A program made the position numbers and the translations under genes. Positions 47,920 to 60,926 of a stretch of DNA of 64,000 bases are shown piece after piece. Numbering within the stretch: position 1 is the first letter of the stretch; each line of letters opens with the position of its first letter. Under the pieces are notes generated by a model. That model made no database searches and was not told where the DNA came from. It saw only the letters and a list, made by a program, of their open reading frames with translations. The DNA comes from Somniosus microcephalus. Its lineage: Eukaryota. The stretch spans positions 184,264,001 to 184,328,000 of the forward strand of contig CM126210.1 in assembly GCA_052327205.1 (NCBI GenBank). Reading direction: 5' to 3'.

Positions 47920-49352
47920 CCTGTTTCTCTCTCTCTCCACGATGCTGCCTGACCTGCTGAGTATTTCCAGCATTTTCTGTTGTTGTTTCAGATTTCCAGC
48001 ATCCGCAGTATTTTGCTAATGTGAGGTTTTTTGCTTGCAAGGTATCCTTTATCAATTGTTTTATCTCACTCATTGTGCATACCTTCCATTGTTACATATC
48101 TTAATCTATTTTGCTTGCTTTATATTTAGCTGTATTTTTAACACATCTTTAATATTCTCAGTATTTGAAATGAGCCTATAATTTCTGATGTGAGATATTA
48201 CCATATGTGCATTTAACAATTTAGTACAGATCCCCTATTTCCTGGTCACCCTGTTCACCTCTTTGCCATACATTCAATTTACCACTGATTTGAACCTGAT
48301 ATATTTGATAGATATACTCAATGGGATAAATTAGACGATTTATTGTTCCCAGTGCAAGGTATGTATGAAGCAAGAACTTGGATGCAGAGGTTAGCGTACC
48401 CGATTCACAATATTGTATTCCCATTACACAAAACTCTGCTGCAAGAGCACTACATTGGAAAACTTACCCAAGTGTGTAAATGGCACAGTATTGGTTCATG
48501 TGACAAAAATGTAAGATTCTCACTAGTTTGTCTCTGCTCCACAACTCTAAGATGGAGTGAACACTCACTCTTTCAGTTCAGCCGATTGAGCACAAAATGC
48601 GCTAGAGACAGGTGCATGACCCAGCTACATTAAAAAGTTTAGCAAATTCCAATTAATTTCAGGGTCAATTTTACTATGTGGCACAGAGCTTTACATGGAT
48701 GATTCAAAGCCCACAGGATCTTTCTTCCCTCCCATCATGCAAAGCTCTGCACTGAGAGCACGAACTCAATGGGCCATAATTTGCCGTCAAAGTAATGGTG
48801 AGGCTAATGGCACTCACCGTTATTTATGCGCAAATACTACAGCGACTTCAGGCGAGAGATATAGGGGGAAAAATTCAGTTGGTTAGCGCCTCCCGTTAGC
48901 ACCAGCAGCTGGCACTAACAGGGCGCTGATGCAGTAGCGCCGGGGCGAGGCGAATCCAGTGACGCTCAGCAAATCCGGACCCCCTGTTGCGCCGCCAGTA
49001 CGAGTTACCACTGGGAACTTCAACACTAGGCAGATTGTGATGTAAGCGACGGCGCCCGATCTGCAAAATTCATTTTCGCCAACTACCTTAGCACCTCAAA
49101 CAAACAGCGACAGGGAAAGGAGGCATCAAGCAGGCGGAAGCCGGCTCCAGAGATGTTAATTAAAGGGACCATGAGTAATGAGTCGCAGCTGTCAGTTTAA
49201 TGGAATTTCAGTGCTCTCTTATCAGTTTGATATTGTGCAACAGTTTAATTCAGGAATATAAAGTTTCATTTGTATCAGGAGTGTTGGGGTAACTAAAAAG
49301 TAGTCTCATTTATTCTTAAAACATATCAAAGTGCTACACTTGGCTTACATTA

Positions 49353-51458
49353 ATGGGGGCTGTACTGGCAGTCTACCTGGCCTTCCAGGATCTACTGCGG
49401 AGGGAGCGGAGGCAGCGACAAAGAGTGGAACATGTGGCCGGAGGGAGGAGGAGGGCCATCAGTGTCCTCAACAGGAGGCCCTACCCTCCGAGAGTATTCT
49501 GAAAGCATTTCCCATAACTCCAATTAAGCAAGGAGCAGTGTATTAGAAGCAAGACGAACATGCATGTGTCTTTGCCAGGATAGCAGGGTTCCCCATGGTG
49601 CAGGGCACCATTGACTGCACCCATGTGGCTTTGCGAGCACCGCATAACAATCCTGAGATCTTCCGTAACCGCAAAGGCTACCACTCTCTTAATGTGCAGT
49701 TGGTGCGACCACAGACAGTGAATCCTCAATGTGAATGCCCGCTATCCTGGCAGCAGCCATGATGCCTTCATTCTGCACTAGACCAGTGTGCCAGCACTCT
49801 ACCAGCCACCACATCAAGTTCGCGGCTGGCTGGTCGGAGACAAGGGCTATCCGCTCTTCACCTGGCTCATGACTTCCCTGCGCAACCCCAACACTCCTAC
49901 CAAGCACTCATATAATGAGAGCCATGCCACCACCAGGAATATCATCGAGCAGACCATCGGGGTGCTCAAGCAATGGTTCCGCTGCCTTGTCCGCTCGGGA
50001 GGAGCCATCCAGTACTCGGCTGAGCGGGTGTCCCATTTCGTGGTGGTCTGCTGCATGCTCCACACCTTGGCCATCATGAGGGCTCAGCCCTTGCCACCAG
50101 TGATTGTGGGACCACCTCAGGAGGAGGAAGAGGATGAGGATGAGGAGGAGGACACGGAGGAGTTAGTGTAAAGCTAAGGCACATGGGATTGGGGGCAAGG
50201 TATTGACTTGGATAGAGAACTGGTTGGCAAACAGAAAGCAAAGAGTTGGAATAAACGGGTCTTTATCCGAGTGGCAGGCAGTGACTAGTGGGGTACCGCA
50301 GGGATCAGTCCTAGGACCCCAGCTGTTCACAATATATATTAATGATCTAGACGAGGGAACTAGATGTAATATCTCCAAGTTTGCAGATGACACAAAGCTG
50401 GGTGGGCGTGTGTGCTGTGAGGAGGATGCTGAGGAACTCCAGGATGATTTGGACAGGTTGGGTGATTGGGCAGAAGCATGGCAGATGCACTATAACGTGG
50501 ATAAATGCGAGGTTATCCACTTTGGAGGCAAAAACAGGAAGGCAGATTATTATCTGAATGGCAATAGATTGGGAGAAGGGGAAGTGCAACAAGACCTGGG
50601 TGTCCGTGTGCACCAGTCACTGAAGGTAAGCATGCAGGTGCAGCAGGCAGTTAAGAAGGCAAATGGTATGTTGGCCTTCGTAGCGAGAGGGTTTGAGTAC
50701 AGGAACAAGGATGTCCTACTACAGTTGTACAGGGCCTTGGTGAGACCACACTTTGAGTATTGTGTGCAGTTTTGGTCGCCTTATCTGAGGAAGGATGTTC
50801 TTGCCATGGAGGGAGTGCAGCAAAGATTCACCAGGCTGATACCTGGGATGGCAGGAATGACGTATGAGGAGAGATTGGGTCGATTGGGCTTATACTCGCT
50901 GGAGTTTAGAAGAATGAGAGGGGATCTCATTGAAACTTATAAAATTCTAACAGGACTAGACAGACTGGATGCAGGAAGGATGTTCCCGATGGTCGGGAGT
51001 CCAGAACCAGGGGTCACAGTCTAAGAATAAGGGGTAAGCCATTTAGGACTGAGATGAGGAGGAATTTTTTCACCCAGAGAGTGGTGAACCTGTGGAATCC
51101 TCTACCACAGAAGGCAGTGGAGGCCAATTTATTAAATATATTCAAGAAGGAGTTGGATATATTTCTTAAGGCTAAAGGGATCAAGGGATATGGGGAGAAG
51201 GCAGGAACAGGGTACTGAGTTTGGATGATCAGCCATGATCTCATTGAATGGCGGAGCAGGCTCGAGGGGCTGAATGGCCTACTCCTGCTCCTATCTTCTA
51301 TGTATCTATGTGTCTATGAAGAGGATGAGGATGAGGAGAAGGACGAGGAGATGATGATGAGGAGGAGGAACAGGAGCGAGGGAGGAGGCAGCCACTCAAT
51401 CGGCCTTGCGGAAGGGCGGTCCGTGATCGCCTCACCAGCCTGCGGTTCGAACGAATGA
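49353..51458 (+). pseudogene. H4 transposase, internally deleted, CR1 inserted in the Glu-rich tail
   Basis: [42 protein letters not shown]. Confidence 0.88.
50154..51317 (+). mobile_element. 5'-truncated CR1 LINE (RT C-terminus + 3'UTR)
   Basis: SGVPQGSVLGP, KFADDTK, LVRPHFEYCVQFWSP; tail cctactcctgctcct...ctatgtatctatg. Confidence 0.95.
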
Positions 51459-51618
51459 AACCCCAGATCCCCGTTGGTCACCACATCCCCATCATTCCAT
51501 CCCTGTCGCAGACCATATTACAATGCAAAGCTGAAATGAGAGACACCACAAAAGAATCCAAACTGAATTAATAAATTTATCAATAATCAGTGAACACATA
51601 TTTACAAAAAAATATTAA

Positions 51619-53774
51619 CTATTCACCCTTGTGCAATCCCTTAGTGCTCCTCGTTACTGTGCCTTTGCCTACTCTAGTGCTCCTATGAAGTTTTGGCCCA
51701 GTGGCTGCAGCAGGGCTGGTGGAAAGCTGCTGAGTGTCCGTGCGGGAGACTTCAGATGGCCTTGCAGGACGCCCTCGACCAGCTCTGGGCCTGGAAGGCC
51801 CGGCTGTGGACTGCACCACCTCAGCATGGGCGGCAGCAGTCTGGGCTGGCTGGATGACAGGTAGCGACTGTCTTGTTTTGCACACTTTGTACAAAAATAA
51901 TAAATTGCAGGACAACGGAGTATTACAGTTTAAACTCTTTTAATGAAGCATCAGGTCTGTAAACTTTCTCAATCAATACAGCACCGTGTGGACAAGATGG
52001 AGTCAGGACCCTGGGTCCTCCAAAACAATAGCAGTCCTTACAGATGCCTGCAGGCCAATGACAATTCAGCATGTGATCACATGTGAATATAATAGGCATT
52101 CCTGACAGATGCCTGCGGGCCAATGATAATTCAGTGTGCAAATCTTACAGCGACAAGGGTAATGGCGGAGTGGCAGTGGTGGGAGCAGGAATGCAGTCAT
52201 CCTGAGAGAGGACAGCAGGTTCCTGCTCCACTGACCCCCTGCCACTCCCCCGGGGCAGCACCTCATCATCCCTAATAAACTGTTGGAGCACAGATTGCTG
52301 GCCTGCTGCGACACCGTGAAAGCCCTGGTCGACAGTGGTAGACCCAGTCACGATGGCAGCAGTCAGAGCTTGCGTGGCATCAAGCTGAGACTGCATGAGA
52401 GCAGTCCGAAATTGGATGTCACCAAGCATAGACTGCATTACAGCACTAATACGACATGTCGCTTCCGCCTGTGCTGTAATGGAAGCTGCCAGATCGCCCA
52501 TCACACGCGGTATCAGGTCTGGGTCACCACGGTCTCTCTGGGAGTCTACCATCCTTTGCAGACTGGAAATGATGAGCTCCATTGTGTGCGCAGAGCCCTG
52601 TGCAATGTTGGAGGTGGACTCCTCCACGCTCCTTACCATTGCGAGAGGCTCTCGGGCACCCTTGCCATTGCACTTATCATCTCCGTGTGCATGCCCATCA
52701 CCCTTCTTCTAAAGACCTCCCTATCGAGGCTCTCATCTGAGTCCTGTGCAGCAGAACTCGCCCTCCGGGGAGCTGCCCCCAAGCTACCCTTTCCCCCGGA
52801 TTTGCTGCAGCCCACTTGTCCCCGGTGCCTCTCCCTTTGCTGATCCCGCTACTATACTATCCTCTAAAGAACACGTAGTGCCAGTATCTGAGATGATGCC
52901 TGCGGGTGAGACATGCACTGACGCGGTGTGTTCTTCCTCGTCCTCTTCTCCCGCCTCGCTCTCTACGGTGCCCTCAGGGACAGGATGCTTAGGTGCTTGC
53001 TCATTATCTGAAAGCATAAAGGCACAAGAGTCAGGTTAAGGTGAGAGGAGGGGGGCAGGAAGGGATTAGCTGGAAAGTGCAAAACACTTGTGCAGTGAGG
53101 AGGAAGTGGGATGTGAGAAGGAGGAGTAGGGATGAACATACCGTTGTTGTCCCCAAGGGGGGTCAACGTCGCCAGTGGCCATGGTGCCCACCACCTGCGC
53201 CCAATAATCTGCAGCACTCTTTCCTCCAGCGCAGACGGTGGTTGGGTGTCGGCTTGTCCCCCACCTGTGCACTCCTGCTCCCTCCTGTTGTGAGCCACCT
53301 TGGCCTGCAATAGAAAGGAAATTATGTGAGTGATTGTGGAGCAATGTGTTTGGGTGATGTGCCTGCCATAGTTTAATAGTTGTCATTGTGTGCAAAATGT
53401 GAGGTGTGTGTGTGAGTGTTGGCAGGTATTGATTGTTAGTGGGTGATTGCTGGGGGTGTGGTGCTTTGGGCAGTGTGTGAAGACTGTGCTTCGGATGGTA
53501 GTATGTAGCATTTGTTGAAGCATTGACTCACCCTGACCACCCGAGTGAGGTTGTTAAATTTCTTCCTGTACTGTGTGTGGGTCCTGGAGACCTCAGTGCG
53601 GCCCGAGACATGCTGGGCTACCTCCCTTCACATGGTGCGGATGACTTATGGTGAGGGCCTCCTGCCACTTGCTCGGTAGAGCACCGCCCTCTGTCTCCCC
53701 ACAGCGAACACCAACGCCTCCAATGCGTGATCGCAGAATCTGCAGGCTCTCTCCCTGGGGCGTGGATCTGCCAT
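51619..53774 (-). pseudogene. H4 Myb/SANT-like gene (exons ~53774-53532, 53304-53142, 53007-51619)
   Basis: RFCDHALEALV; AKVAHNRREQECTGGG; C-terminus AATGPKLHRSTR. Confidence 0.85.
51869..52149 (-). mobile_element. Solo LTR
   Basis: TG...CA ends; 5-bp TSD GCGAC/GCGAC; internal direct repeat cagatgcctgc.ggccaatga. Confidence 0.85.
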
Positions 53775-55100
53775 CAGTACAGCTGCTTGAGTCATCCAGG
53801 CTCCTTCTACTTGACCTGCTGCTGCTTGCTGAGGCAGCTGCACAGCTAGCAATGCTGAGAATGAGGTTCTACAGCATCAATGAACCTCCCCTTTATGAAC
53901 TGGGAAAAGCCTATGGCAATGATGACTTGCGATTGAACTGCACCTGATATTGGGTCACCCTTTGAATGTAACGCCAATGAGCTTGGGCTTTAAGGCTTGA
54001 ATTAGCGCCCCAATCATTTCTTTGAGCAATGAGACATAGTTTTGCGTGCAGTCTAAAGCATTAGCGTCTGGCGCTAATTCTGCAGCTTTTCTAATTTTAT
54101 CGCCCATTCCTGGGCTATAATGAATTTCTAGCCCTAGCATCTTCAATGGTGAGCCAGAAATCGAGATGCGATTTCACAAAATGTATTGAATGGCGCGAAG
54201 TTGCTGTATTTGCGTGGTAGATGTGCATTAAACTCATCACAGAAAGTTAAGTCTTGTCCATTTCAATCTCAGTACCCTTTCAATGATGTGATAAATGTTC
54301 ATTACTGCCAGTCAACCCCCGTGGCACAAAAAAATAACTATTTCTTCAGGTTTCATTCCTTCAGGTTTTAATTGCTGTTGGAGATTTTTTTTTTAATGTA
54401 ATTTTAAATCAAAAAAATGTTTTTTTTTACTTTTCCTTTCTGTCGCTTTTTTTTCTCTCTCTTTCTTTCCCCCTCTTTATTTCTCTTTCTGTACCTGATT
54501 TGACATTGAATTAAGTATTCTAATTTACACTTCCTTCTCAGTCCTGGCGCTGTTAATTTCACAATCCTTCAACCTGATTGGTGTAGGAGACACAGAGTTG
54601 CTTGCCCTGTTCACTCCGGTCCCAGATGCCCGGGTTCCCTCGCTGCGCCGCTATCAGCTCGCGCTTTCAGCAACTTGTGGCGCAAAATATCATCGCAATT
54701 AAATGAGCAAAGGGCAAGTCTAAATAACAGCAGACGCCATTCGTTGCCCTGGTACAGCAAATTATGGCCTGTTAAATTTATTCCTGTGTGACTGATCTTA
54801 TGTGGAACCAGTGAAGCATCATAAAGAGAATTAACACTGGTTTAATGCATTTTAAGCATGCAAAATGGAATTTGACCTCTTTAAGAGTACCATTGAGAAA
54901 TCTCTGCATGCCTTGTTATTGCAACATTCAATAAAAATATTACTATAAAAATGGCAAATCACTATAACAGACACTCAGGATTTTTGAGGTTAACTGACTT
55001 TTTAACCCTTTGAGCCCTGCAGTAGCATTTCAGTACCAAAATCAAACAGAGCAAGATCACAATTATTTTATTAACTCTGATACAATGAGTTAAGGAATGA

Positions 55101-55248
55101 AATAAAAACAGAAAATGCTGGAAACACTCAACAAGTCAGGTGGCATCTGTGGAGAGAGCAACAGAGTTAACACTGCCTGACCTGCTGAGTGGTTCCAGCA
55201 CTTTTAATTTTTATTTCAGATTTCCAGCATTTGCAAGGTTTTATTTTG
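55101..55248. mobile_element. Short Penelope-derived foldback insertion
   Basis: Same pseudo-LTR sequence as 42786-42853 in inverted arms; 14-bp flanking direct repeat GAGTTAAGGAATGA. Confidence 0.8.
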
Positions 55249-56429
55249 GAGTTAAGGAATGACATTAGTACAGCTCTTCGATTATATTCACAACACTCTG
55301 CATTAGGGACCCACGGAAACTTATTTGAAGATGAAAGAAAGAGCATCTACCCAGCACTGGAGGGGTTAAGAGTCCACCAGGATCCATGCGTCACATCTGT
55401 GACTCAGGCTAACACATTACAATCCTCAGCCTCCTTTGGAGCTTTACAAACAGGTACATTCCCTTTCTTCTGGTCTGCACTTTGCCCTTCATTGCTTCTT
55501 TGCTTTGACTAACTTGTCAATGGTAGCTTCATTTATTAAATTGACTATCAGTGGGGGTGTGGGGGTGGAGGGGCGGGTGGAGAATTGTTTCAGTGTACTC
55601 AGTTACCCCTCAGTTGGTTTCTGCTGGTGCTTTGTCTGGGCTTTAGGGCTGCCAACTCTGGTTGGGCCTAGTCCTGGAGGTTCCACCACATGACCTCCCA
55701 CCTCCAGCCACCCCGCCCAGTCAAACAGCATTTTATCCCCAGCTCCAATGCTTTGACAACTAATAAACAAGCATATTTGAAGGGAAAAAATTGCAGGGCT
55801 ATGGGAAAAGAGTAGGATTCCCAACTCTCCCGGAATGCCCGGGAGTTTCCCGGAATCGATGGTTCCTCCCCACCGAGCGTTACCCCCAGCAGCCCGGGAG
55901 ATCAGAGCTTTAAATTACCCGCCGAGGTGCACCCCCCTCGCGCTCCGCGACGTCACCAGCTCTTGTTGGAGAAGCCTCCAGCTGAGTGACGACTCCCGCA
56001 GAGTCGCGACCGCAGGAGCACGGTCGGGAGGGGGCTGGGGAGTCGGCAATCGCAGGTGTCTCAGCTATTGGGGTGTTGGTATGAGGGGAGTCTTAGCAAA
56101 CAGTGGCGGGGGATCTGAATCTCTGAAATGAGCGGAGGCTCTGAAATTGGTGGAGTCTCTGAAATCGGGGTTTTTTCTCGGTTTCCTCTCTTCGCATGGT
56201 CACAGGCAGCCTCCTGGTTCTTGGAACGTCTCGCACAATAGCGGCTTGTGCGAAAGCACGAGCAAAGATACTCGACTATAGGGGACCCAACCTTTGTAAG
56301 GTAAATGCAATAGCATTTGTAGAAGTCACGTGATCAGATATCACTTGGTCAGATGTCGCGTAATGAAACCTCCGGGAATGCCCCCAACCAGCGTTAACAA
56401 TGCTCGGAAAGAACAGATGAGCGGGTGTA

Positions 56430-56513
56430 ATTGGGCAGCTCTTTCAAAGAGCCGGCACAGGCATGATGGGCCGATCGGCCTCCTACTGTGCTGCATCATT
56501 CAACGATTCTATG
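56430..56513 (+). mobile_element. CR1-type 3' tail (SINE or very short LINE end)
   Basis: gatgggccgatcggcctcctactgtgctg...gattctatga resembles the CR1 3' stem-loop and tail. Confidence 0.55.
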
Positions 56514-56546
56514 AAAACTGTTCAAATAAAATGAAAACAACACACA

Positions 56547-57170
56547 GGCCTAGAAATTGAATCACACTCGAACTGGAGGAAGATCCTGGTGCAACACAGG
56601 CTGCACACGCCTAATGAGGCCAGCGATAGGAACTCGGCAAACTGGTTGACCGTCCTCAGTAATATAGTACCAGCGAGTCACGAGCGCCAGTCGTGGCCCC
56701 ACAGGCAGCTCGCTGGTCACGGGAGGGTAGCAAGATCGGCTAGCTGGAACACCAGCTGAAGGCCCAAGGTTAAATGGGAAGAGGAGGAGGCAATCGGTGG
56801 GGTGGGGGGATGGCTGGCAGTGGCTCATGGTTTTAATGTAGAGCCTGGAGGGGCACCCTTGCTCCTCCTGACTCCACATTAAGTTAAGTATTATTTAAAA
56901 AGCTTACCTTTTGGGTGTCAGCCTCCAGCGGTCCATTTAAGGACCGCTAGTTAGGCCACCTGTGGACCAGGTAATTCTGAACACAGCAGGTCTGATGCTG
57001 AGGCAAGCCAATTTCCAGTTTGGATCCTGAAACAGACATTAGGCCTCTTATTAGCATACTCAAGGGACCTAACACCATATTTTAGTCGCCCGGCAGGAAC
57101 ACCTCCAACACATCCGGACCAATATGGCATTGGACGTGTCTCCAACACTGCTCAGGCGCGGGAGGTTGGC
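56547..57170. mobile_element. Probable Harbinger-type MITE remnant
   Basis: Starts GGCCTAGAAATTG as H3/H6; right TIR not found. Confidence 0.4.
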
Positions 57171-57363
57171 CCCTTAAATTGAACGTCTTTTTTATAAAAA
57201 GCACATCAGAAAATATGGAATGAGAAAAGTCCATTTTGTGCACAAAGCCTGCTTCCTCCAAGTGCCATGTACACTTTGCCCTTTCATGAACTCAGTCCAA
57301 CTGATTCAATCTTCTGGGAGAAGCAACTAACCACAGGCACGTGAGCAATTAGATGAAACTCTA

Positions 57364-58112
57364 GGGGTGGAAATTCGGTTGCTTTGTGCCTCCCGTTAGC
57401 ATCCTAAGAAGCGCAAAGCAACTAGCGCATGGGCGCAGCACCGTCAACGCCTCCCGTGAAATTCAGCATGAGGTTAGCGGCGGCGGTAATTGTTAGCGCC
57501 CTGCGGCGCTGCGCCGCCGGCGATGATGTCATCGCCATGCGCAGCACCCCACTCGCACCCCGGGCGCGATCTTCGGTATTGCCCCCTGAGTTACTGCCGG
57601 ACGCTATGTCCGACGGGGTCAGGGGGATCAACCTGTGGCCCGGGCAGCGCTGATTAAAGGCGAGGTGCCAGGTGGCCATTTTTGTTGCTGGCCGCCTGCC
57701 AGCACCTGCACCCGTTGCCATCCCTGGTCCCTCATCAGCAGCCCCCCCCCCACAGAGTGCTGGCTTCGCTCTGTGAGCTCGGCACTCCTCTTGAGTGTCG
57801 GGCTCTTTTGCTGGCACTCCGATCCCTGGTGGCCCAGCTGGGCCCCGGGTCGTGCTGCGCAAGGCGCCTCCCTTTTAAGAAGGGGAGGAAGGCCTGCAGT
57901 ACCGTGGCGCGATGTGCTGCAGCACCGTGATATTCACTCACAATGCCCCAAGAGGGAGGCGGGACGCTTCCAGTAGAAAGTAGAACCCCGCTTCCCTCTT
58001 GGGGCACTACCGATGAATTTCGGCCGATGGGGTGTGAATTTTTTCGGGGCGCTACAAGTAGCTCCCCGGCGAAGATAGCGCCCCAAAGTGGATGGGACTC
58101 AATTTTTCCCCC
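57364..58112. mobile_element. Non-autonomous Harbinger (MITE) related to H2/H4 ends
   Basis: TIRs GGGGTGGAAATTCG / TCAATTTTTCCCCC; left ~80 bp matches the reverse complement of the H2 right end. Confidence 0.85.
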
Positions 58113-58860
58113 TAGGAGATTTCCTCCCACTCTCCAAGATACCCAAGCAAAATTCCAGAATATGAATCCATCCAGTCTAAACCACACTTGCAGCTATGAC
58201 CTCTTGCATCCCATATGTGACTCATCATCATTGCTCCTAGCAGCGCTTGAACGATTGTGTCTTGTAGAGCATTTCATCACCTGTATCCAGTTCGGGGTTT
58301 ATTCAGGTGTTTATCTAGCTGTTTTTCATAGAATCTTATCATACATAAGGAGCCATTCGGCACCAGCATTTGGAAGAGTTTTTTTAATTAGTTCGTTGAC
58401 CCAAAATTAACTGCTTTGTGTTGTCTATTCCACATATCCACTGATCTGTTGATGTGGCCTTTCCTCAGGGTCTGTCAGGCATTTTATTTGTAACAAATGG
58501 GAAATTGTTAGCTTTGATAAGTTAAATTATTTTAATTTTTAATAATCCATTGGCCACTTCGCCTAGTCCCATGCATGATGTTGTTTCTCTGCTCTCAAGC
58601 ACTCAAAAAAACAATGTACTATGACACAGAAGTGCCTAATACTGAGTCTAGTACTCTCTAACATATGTATTGAGCCAAACACTGAGGTCACAATTTTCCC
58701 ACATGCGGGTTTGGAGGTGGGTCGGCAGTAAAAATTGCTGAAATTGCGAGCACGTCAGGAACCCGGCGTCACCCCGCCTCCTCGCACCTTTAACTTGGGC
58801 GTGTTTGCCAGCGCGCCACAGACCCGATCAGGAGACGATGGTGACCTAATTAAGCTCATC

Positions 58861-59344
58861 GGGGCAAAAATTGGGTCGTGCCCCCTTATTAAATGGGAGG
58901 GGCCTAGCACAGCGTGAACCGGGGCCCGGCTAGGCAACCAGGGAGTGGGGTGCTGGCAAAAGAGCCCGGCACTCCTCTTGAGTGCCAGGCTGCCCGATCG
59001 CGGCCGGCACCCCACGGGGGAACGGCAGAGGGGGCAGGTGCTGGTAGGCGGCCAGCAAAAAAATGGTGGCCCGGCACCCCCCCTTTAAATAGCACTGCCC
59101 TGGCCGCACGTATGCCCCCCCTGACCCTGTCAGGCATAGCGTCCAACGTTACATCAGGGGGGCACAACCAAAGTTTGCGGCCGAGGCGCAAGCGGGGCAC
59201 TACCGGCTACTGCCGCTGCTAACCTCCCGCTGAATTTCACGGGAGGCGTTAGCCGTGCCACGCCCGGGCACTAGTTGTTTTGCACCCCATTCGCGTCCCC
59301 TTAGGCCGCTAACGGGAGGGGCAAAGCAACCGAATTTTACTCCC
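58861..59344. mobile_element. MITE related to 57364-58112, opposite orientation, nested in H5
   Basis: TIRs GGGGCAAAAATTGG / CGAATTTTACTCCC; flanks atc/att. Confidence 0.85.
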
Positions 59345-59711
59345 ATTAAATCCTTGTTGTGAGACCCTTAACAGGGTTTTTAACCAGACCTTTTGATTTT
59401 TACTAAATGACCACGGAATCACGCAGCTCGGGAACCACATCTGTCAATGTGAGGCAAAATCTCAGTGGTCGTTGAGCGAGGTCATTAATGGAGAGCATGC
59501 AAATCCCAATAATACTCCCACATGACACCTGCTTACTTGACAAAGGGAAAGGCTCTTGCTGACTCCATTTTGAGCACAGATTTAGGTATCTAGAAATTGC
59601 AGGTCTTTTCTGCAAACTCGGAAGCCACTCTCACCACATTGCTAGTGACTATCACAACATTGACAGATTGGTCCTCTGATCACTACTTGGCATGCCATCT
59701 ATTACATCAGC

Positions 59712-60926
59712 ATGGGTGCCACTTATACTGTCTCACCTTGGTCCTCAGAATCGGACCAGGATGAGCCCCAACACCAGCAGTAGCAACAACACCACCAACA
59801 ACCTTCTCCTCAATGACCTGATGCTCTATAGGACAGGGGGCATCAGCACATGGCTGCACCACGCCGGAGGCGATCCCCCCAACACAGGAAATACAGGCAG
59901 AGGATGAGCTTCCTCAACATGACTGAGCAGCAGTGCCAAAGGAGGCTCAGGCTATCGCGTCAGTTCATCGCAGACATTTGCAGCTTGCTGGAGCAACAGC
60001 TGCAGCACAGAGGAGCGGGTGGACACGCCTTACCAGTGGCTGTCAAAGTTACCAGCGCCCTCAACTTCTTCGCCTCAGGCTCCTTCCAGGGATCTGCAGC
60101 AGACATTTGTGGCACCTTGCAGTCATCCGCTCACAGATGCATCACACAGGTCACCGATGCCATGTTTAACACGTCAGCTAATTATGTGAAATTTTCCACT
60201 GATGAAGCCAGTGTTACTGCATGCGCTTGACTTTGCTGCTCTGGCTGACGTCCCATAGGTGCAGGGCATCATCAACTGCATACATGTGGCCATCAGGGCA
60301 ACCCATCATCACCCAGGAGTGTTTGTGAACCACAAGTGCTTTCACTCCCTCAATGTGCAGCTCGTCTGTAACCATAAAAAGATCATCATGCAAGTGTGCG
60401 CCAAATTCCCCAGCAGCTGTCATGACTCTTTCGTCCTGCACCAGTCCACCCTCCCTCAGCTCTTCGCACCACCAAACACACTTACCGGCTGGCTGCTTGG
60501 AGACACGGGCTATCCATTGAAGACGTGGCTCATGACACCCTTGAGGAGGCGAAGTACTGAGGCCGAAGAGCATTATAATGACAACCACACCTCCACCTGA
60601 TGTGTCATAGAGCAAACAATAGGGATGCTGAAGATGCGCTTCAGATGCCTTGACTAATCTGGAGGAGCCCTTCAGTATGCAACAGCCAGGGTCTCCAGAA
60701 TCGTCGTGGTCTGCTCCGTGATGCACAACATAGTGCAGCAGTGAGGATTAGCGCTGCATAGGGAACAAGGCACAGATCGTACAGCCTCTTCAGAAGAGGA
60801 GGAAGAGCATCAGCTGGAAGATGAGGAGGAGGAGCAGAAGGAACCTGAGGTCCAGATGGCACCAGCACTGAGCACATTGCTGCCCGGGAGGCCAAGGATG
60901 GCCTCATCATAGCCAGATGTACTTAA
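59712..60926 (+). pseudogene. H5 transposase with several stops and frameshifts
   Basis: [36 protein letters not shown]. Confidence 0.88.

Larger units (their letters stand above)
42786..48017. mobile_element. Penelope-derived palindromic pseudo-LTR element split by a MITE and H3
   Basis: 42786-42853 plus 47855-47887 is the reverse complement of 47888-47985; same family as 11200-11320. Confidence 0.85.
48864..54134. mobile_element. Harbinger transposon H4 with CR1 and solo-LTR insertions
   Basis: TIRs GGGGGAAAAATTCA / TGAATTTCTAGCCC; convergent genes; flanks share TA. Confidence 0.88.
48771..54770. mobile_element. Harbinger-type MITE (~730 bp without H4)
   Basis: TIRs GGGCCATAATTTGC / GCAAATTATGGCCT; no clean TSD. 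Confidence 0.7.

Noticed and set aside
48469-48548. Possible minus-strand exon ending in GTAAGT
   Set aside because: No partner exons and no recognisable peptide
55274-55453. Possible plus-strand exon within ORF 55189..55512
   Set aside because: Poor polypyrimidine tract; ORF starts inside a repeat
55640-56300. GC-rich segments starting tagggctgccaact, possible DNA-transposon MITE
   Set aside because: No matching opposite terminus or TSD found
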